Assembly: GCA_964057225.1 (NCBI GenBank)
Contig: OZ059896.1
Location: forward strand, 6,944,001-7,008,000
DNA length: 64,000 nucleotides
Reading direction: 5' to 3'
From: Auanema rhodensis
Taxonomy: Eukaryota; Animalia; Nematoda
Shown here: piece after piece, positions 58,072 through 64,000 of the stretch
Layout: each line of letters begins with the position of its first letter
Position numbering within the stretch: position 1 is the stretch's first letter
Notes under the pieces: model-generated
The model's input: the letters and a program-made list of their open reading frames with translations, nothing else
What the model was told of the DNA's origin: nothing
Databases searched by the model: none
Program-made: the position numbers and the translations under genes

Positions 58072-59101
58072 GCTGTTGCTGTTGTTGTTGCTGCTGCTGC
58101 TGTTGCTGCATTGCTCGATTCTTCTGTTCAATAACGTCTTTCTCAGCTTTAACAAGGCGTTCATCCCTGAAGTTTAAGATTATTTAGATAGTTGTATAAA
58201 ACCACAAACTTTTTAGCATCGCTTATAGCATCAGATATACCATTAGCACTATTGAAAGCTGATGAATTAGTCATAAGCTCCATTCTTCGTAAAGGATTTT
58301 CATCTTCAGTTTTGTTATGATCGCTTTGACCTGATGAAGTACTTTCGGTATCATCTTGACCATCATTACTGGTTTCGTTTGGTAAAAAGCGTTTTACAGA
58401 TGGTTCCTCCGCATCATCCTTAAAAAGGGCCAGATAAAAATATTTTGAACTATAAGAATCTCACGTTTAGTTTTCTTTTAGCCCTCAACCTTTCTCCTTC
58501 GGTTTCCCTTCCAAAATCATCTACATTGTTATTAACTATAGCATTATTATCATCGTTCTTATTACTGTTATTAGATGTTTCGAGTTGTTGTATTCTTTCT
58601 TGGTTCCTAAAAAAACATATTTCATAAACGAGGGAATTAAAAACAAAATAAGAAAAAGAAGAAGGGAGATTCCTACCTATAATACCACTGTACAATACTA
58701 TCGAATTTTTCTAACTCATAATCCTCAGCAGCTTTATTGGCAAGCTCAGATCTGAATTAACATATCATTGGTCAGAAAAATGAAAAAGTTGAAACTTACG
58801 TAAAATATATCACACTTTGCCCTGTGGGTTCGGGATAGTGAGGTTCTTGATAAGGAGGGACAGAGTTAGCAACAGCAGGTGAAGACGTATTAGAAGAGCC
58901 CTCATTACACTAACAATCAATTGGAGTAATATGAATAAAGAAATTAAAAATTCCTACCTTTGCTGTTGTTAACGCGAAAGCTTCTGTAGTCGGCGCATTA
59001 TTGGGCGAAGGCACCGAAGTAGATGCTTGATAATTACATCGCTGAGGAGCAGAAGAATCGCAAGACGATGGATTGGTACTAGAAGGAGAAGAACTCAACA
59101 T
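57009..59101 (-). CDS. Ser/Gln/Pro-rich protein with a BCL9/Legless HD1-like motif
   Basis: About 11 phase-compatible exons; spliced VIYFTSELANKAAEDYELEKFDSIVQWYYRN; basic RLRAKRK; Q26 tract; Pro/Met/Gly-rich C-terminus. Start codon uncertain. Confidence 0.75.
58031..58108 (-). repeat. Coding CAA/CAG repeat (26 Gln)
   Basis: 78 nt of CAA/CAG codons in frame after the ATG at 58111. Confidence 0.95.
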
Positions 59102-59863
59102 GTCCACATCTTAAAATTAAATTATGAGAAAAAGAAATTGAAAAATGTTCACAAAATAACAAGAGGAGAAGCACATTATCCACAATATTGTTACAATAAT
59201 ATTTTAAGACGTGTGGTAAAAGATATAAAATTTCAAAAAATCAACGCATTCCTTACTGAGCTTGAAGTAGCAGCACAGGTCATGCACAACTGGCTAGTGC
59301 CGCCGACCCATTGGCAATCTGCCATGCGCCCTAGAAAGAAGGGCAGGGATAGAGAGTAGAGGGATTAATAGATGACGAGAACATATTTGGTAAAGTGAAA
59401 ACCAATGCAAATAAGCTCAGATTACAGGTCAGAATATAGCGCATATCTTTGCAAAAATAAAAATATTGTTAAAAGAATCACTAATTTCCGTTTAATATAA
59501 CCTAAGGCTCAAGTTTGCTAAAAGGCGCGGACTATGTATATATTACAACATTGCCAAATGACGTAGTTTACAAATAAATTAAGTATTGAGTTTAATGAAT
59601 GTGGGATAAGCTATATCATTTGGATTACGCAGGTCAGATGATAAAAATGAGAGTTGAAATTGAATGGCATTGAAAGCGAGAGTCTAGTGAATAACATTGA
59701 AGTAGGAAGGCATCAGTTCAGACAACTGTCAAGTGTCCTTGTAGAGAATGCAGGTGAAACGATAAGACAAAGGAATTACGGTATAGCTTCGTTTAAAACT
59801 TCATCACTAAAAATCAGATAAATATCGTTTCAACGAGATAAATTATTTAAAATTACCTAAAAT

Positions 59864-61628
59864 TTAAAAATATTTATTTCTTTCTGTAAATAACTTATCA
59901 GCAACCTTACATAATAACCTATCTTGCAATAATTTGCCTACTAATTGCACACCAATAGGAAGTCCTTTTTGACATTTACCAATCGGGATAGACATAGCAG
60001 GAAGACCCAAAATAAAACAAATATAGTTTTTTTTAAACTTTGTTGGAACCAACCCGCTAAATTAACCGGTTGTGTATAATAATCATCTTTATCTTCTCTT
60101 GCAAACTTGGAATTAACTTGCTCTGAATGTAGAGGAGCAGCACCAGTAGCGGTAGGTGTTAAAATAAAATCAACTTCTTCGAAGGCTTTATGAAACTCTT
60201 GAGAAATCAGCCTCCGTACCTTCTTGGCATGTTCAACATATGTTTTCTTATTTCTATTTTTAAATATTAAAAAAGGATAAATATGAATCTCACTCTTTCA
60301 TTAGGAAAAAATTTCCAACCATTATTCTTTTTCGCACAGTCTCATTAAGAGATTCACTTCGTGATCGAGCATACAAATCAACAGTGGAGTTTTCAATATT
60401 AGCACGATGTCCATATGCAACACCATCATACCTTCAAAAACATTTTTGAAAAATATTTTCCTTTTGCGATACCTAGCCATATTTGAAGCAATATCAGCTG
60501 CAGACAGTACTTGATAGCAATCCAATGAATATTCAGTAGAGGGTAAAGAAATCTCAACAATATCAGCACCAAGATCACTGAACAGTAAAGCAGTTTTATT
60601 CCAAACAGACCACGCATCTTCCGTAAGAAATTCATTGTTGTATTCCTAGAAGAAATAGAATGAATTGTAATTTTAATATTATTAAAGTAACCTTGGGGAT
60701 ACCAATTTTAAGACCTTTCAAGCTCCATCTTTCATTTCCCTCATTTAGCTCAACTGAAGTAGGATCATTTGTATCAATGCCGTGAATCATATCTGCAACG
60801 ACAGAAAAAATGCATGTGAAAAGAATATTAGGAATACTAAGATATAATAAGCATTCTTTAGCGGAGGTTGAGAATATAGATGGCGAATCCAACGAATTAA
60901 CCTTAAATAAAAAAATTAGAAATTAAGTTGAAACATCATTAACTAAAGGTATCAGTCCATATCTTGATAGAACTCCATAAGTTGGCTTAAATCCAAAAAT
61001 TCCATTGAGAGCAGCAGGATTACGAGTTGAACCACCGGTATCAGTGCCCATAGCCCTAATTTCATTACATTTTCAGATAAGCATTACATGTACCCACATT
61101 GAAGCTATTCCTAGTTGTACGGCCACTGCGGGTCCTCCAGATGATCCTCCAGGTATGAACCAATCATCTTCAACATTTGTGGAAAGTCCACTTTTGACAG
61201 GACCGAAATATCCTAGAGCACTTGAAGTACCCATGCTGAATTCATCTAAATTTCCTTTCCCAATTATACAGCCACCTACGAATGAGTATTGGTATTATGA
61301 ATATTAACGAAACATAAATTAATTTACCATTAGCTATTAGTCGAGTAACCACTGTTGCTGTGTATGTCGGAATATATGTTTCCAGCATTTTCGACGCGCA
61401 TGTTGTCTTTATATTTTCAACACTATAAATATTTAAAATTATAAATAGCTTATAAAATCAATTCAAGCCTTACGTAAAGCAATCTTTAATAACAACAGGA
61501 AACGGTTCAAGTCCAAGACTGAGAGCTTTTGATGCTTGTTGCCTTGCAAGTTCAAAAGTTTCAGTAATTAACGCACCATGTTTTCGAAATTTTATGGCAT
61601 TAGCTATGGCTCTTTCGATGCTAATCAT
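59864..61628 (-). CDS. Mitochondrial Glu-tRNA(Gln) amidotransferase subunit A (QRSL1/GatA)
   Basis: Amidase signature: [81 protein letters not shown]. Confidence 0.93.
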
Positions 61629-62134
61629 TTCTATAAAGCAACATTAAAAAGTTAAATGTATTTTAAACTTACTTTGATATTACATTACTGAATTAAAATA
61701 GTAATAAAATATTTGAATGTTTAGTATATTAGAGGCTAAAATTGCTCTACTGCTAAAAATACAAAATTTGGCTTTCGTCCAAAAAATCTTAAATACAGTA
61801 ATCCAGCTCGATTCCCTTTTTGTTCCTGTGCTCTCCTCTTTCCATACGCTCTTTTTGCTACACCTCATTGCCACGCATTAGTTTCTTTTAAGCATTTATA
61901 TATTAAATAAACTATGATAAAATGAATTTTTGCTTTTTTATTAAGTTCAAAAAAATGTTCATCGCACTCAGTTATGTCAAAATACTTAATTTTGTATCCT
62001 TAATCGCTCAGCACGATTGTTTTAGGTTCCATAATTAATGAAGCATTGAGTTCTTGAATTCACGGACAATATACTCGTTAAAGGTTTATTTTTTAATTTA
62101 AAACAAGTATAAATACATATCTTAAGCTTTCAAA

Positions 62135-64000
62135 ATGAGGTTTTTACTGACTCTGTTGGTCTTGTCCTCATTTGTCTCTGCTGATGAACATGATCACATG
62201 TACGAAAATGACGAAGAAGTGGTATTATGGATGAATACTGTTTGTTTTTATCTGTTTTGTTTATTATCCTGGTAATTTGTTTAGGTTGGTCCTTATAGTA
62301 ATAGACAAGAAACTTACACATATTTTTCTTTACCCTTCTGTCGTGGTCCTAAAACTTCAATTGGGCATTATCATGAAACCATGGGAGAATCATTGTTAGG
62401 AGTTGAACTAGATTTCTCTGGTCTGGATATTAAATTCAGAAGTATCTTTAAGGAAAAAAATGTAGTTAATTAACACATTATATTACAGCCAGCCAAAAGA
62501 AGACAATTTATTGCACATATAAACTTACCTTGGAGGATTATAAAACTTTTGTTTATGCCATTAAAAACAGCTATTACTATCAAATGTATTTAGATGATAT
62601 GCCAATCTGGGGTTTGTTTTTTTGCCTTGAATGCACTATATAGTTTAATGATTTAGGCATGATCGGAGAGGTAGATAATTCTGTCAAGCCTCCTGCTTAC
62701 AAACTTTATACTCATAAAAAACTCGATGTTGGATTTAATCAGAAGCAAGTAGTCGATGTTAATCTCACCTCTGATGGTCGTGTTGAAATTCATCCTGATG
62801 TTGAGCTAGAGTTCAGTTATGAGGTTTGCTTCATTATTGAATATTCCCATTTGAATATAAACTTCTAGGTTACTTGGAAATCGAGTTCTATTCAGTTTGC
62901 TGACCGTTTTGACAAATATTTGGATCCCAGCTTTTTCCAACACAGAGTAAGTTATATTTGTATTATGCTTTGTTAATTTCTTTTTTGTAGATTCATTGGT
63001 TCTCCATTTTTAATAGTTTCATGATGGTAGTTTTCCTCGTTGGTCTTGTATGGATGATTCTAGTTCGCACATTGAGAAAGGATTATGCTCGTTATCAAAG
63101 AGAGGACAGCCTGGAAGAACTAGTTTGTGTACCGGTAGTAGTTATTTTAGTATGATTTTTTGTAGGATGCCGATCTCGGAGATGAGTATGGTTGGAAACA
63201 AGTACATGGAGATGTGTTCCGTGCTCCTTCTATGCCTTTGCTTTTCGCTTCATGCATTGGGGCTGGATATCATGTTTTTACAGTATCATCCATTACAGTT
63301 TTACTTGCCATTGTTGGAGAATTCTACACAGAGTGAGAACTATATTCATTTTCTAAAAACATAATTTTGTAGACGTGGCTCCCTTCTCTCAGCCGCTATA
63401 TTTGTTTATGCGGCTAGTTCCCCTGTGAATGGTTATGCTGGAGGCTCTATGTATGCTCGTTTTGGGGGAAGACATTGGATTCGCCAGATGTTACTAGGAG
63501 CCTTCTTACTTCCAAGTCTTGTAAGTGACAAATAGTCTTTAAATTGATTAACATCTAATTTATAGGTATGTGGAGTTGCCTTTTTAATTAACTTTATTGC
63601 TATTTATTATCACGCTTCACGCGCTATTCCATTCACGACTATGGTCTGTTTATCTTGTTCCAAAACCTTATAAATGTTTAATTTATTCAGTTGGCCGTCA
63701 CGGCAATTTGTTTATTCGTAATTCTGCCATTAACTCTTGTCGGAACTGTCCTGGGAAGAAATATGTCCGGACAAGGAGATTATCCCTGCCGGTATATCAG
63801 TTATACGTGGATAAAATTGAATTATTTTTTTAGTGTAAACGCAGTTCCTCGTCCAATTCCTGACAAAAAATGGTTTGTTCAACCATGGCTTATCACTTTA
63901 ATGGGAGGAGTTTTACCATTTGGTAGTATTTTCATCGAAATGTAAGATTATAATTACATTATAATTTATTCATTATGTAAAAAATTAAACTTGCAGGTAC
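62135..64000 (+). CDS. Transmembrane 9 superfamily member 3 (nonaspanin), 3' end beyond window
   Basis: Signal peptide then [90 protein letters not shown]. Confidence 0.95.

Noticed and set aside
57856-58177. Poly-Leu, poly-Val/Ala and poly-Asn/Ser ORFs
   Set aside because: Alternate frames and antisense of the polyQ codon repeat

Overview
This is AT-rich eukaryotic genomic DNA with many 40-55 bp GT-AG introns and TTTCAG/TTTTAG acceptors, typical of a rhabditid (clade V-like) nematode. The species cannot be determined from the sequence. I reconstructed 19 spliced genes by hand. In order along the window: two tandem paralogues encoding ~810-850 aa secreted Asn/Gln/Gly/Tyr repeat proteins, a small secreted orphan, the 3' half of mec-17, a class II Arf, unc-24, an SXP/RAL-2-like protein, cyp-31A, a Lipase_2 enzyme, an MLT-10-like protein, GDP-mannose 4,6-dehydratase, a probable operon (CNOT11, TFIIH p52, DENND4, TSEN54), DHRS4, a Tyr-motif orphan, a Pro/Gln-rich gene with a BCL9/Legless HD1-like motif, mitochondrial GatA and TM9SF3 (truncated by the window). 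Repeats include a ~233 bp near-perfect inverted repeat pair and a Tc1-like MITE. Top leads: (1) a candidate nematode BCL9/Legless, visible only after splicing; (2) the secreted amyloid/beta-solenoid-like repeat protein pair, which shows gene conversion and appears nested antisense in a large mec-17 intron. Homology calls rest on remembered reference sequences and motifs; no database searches were run.
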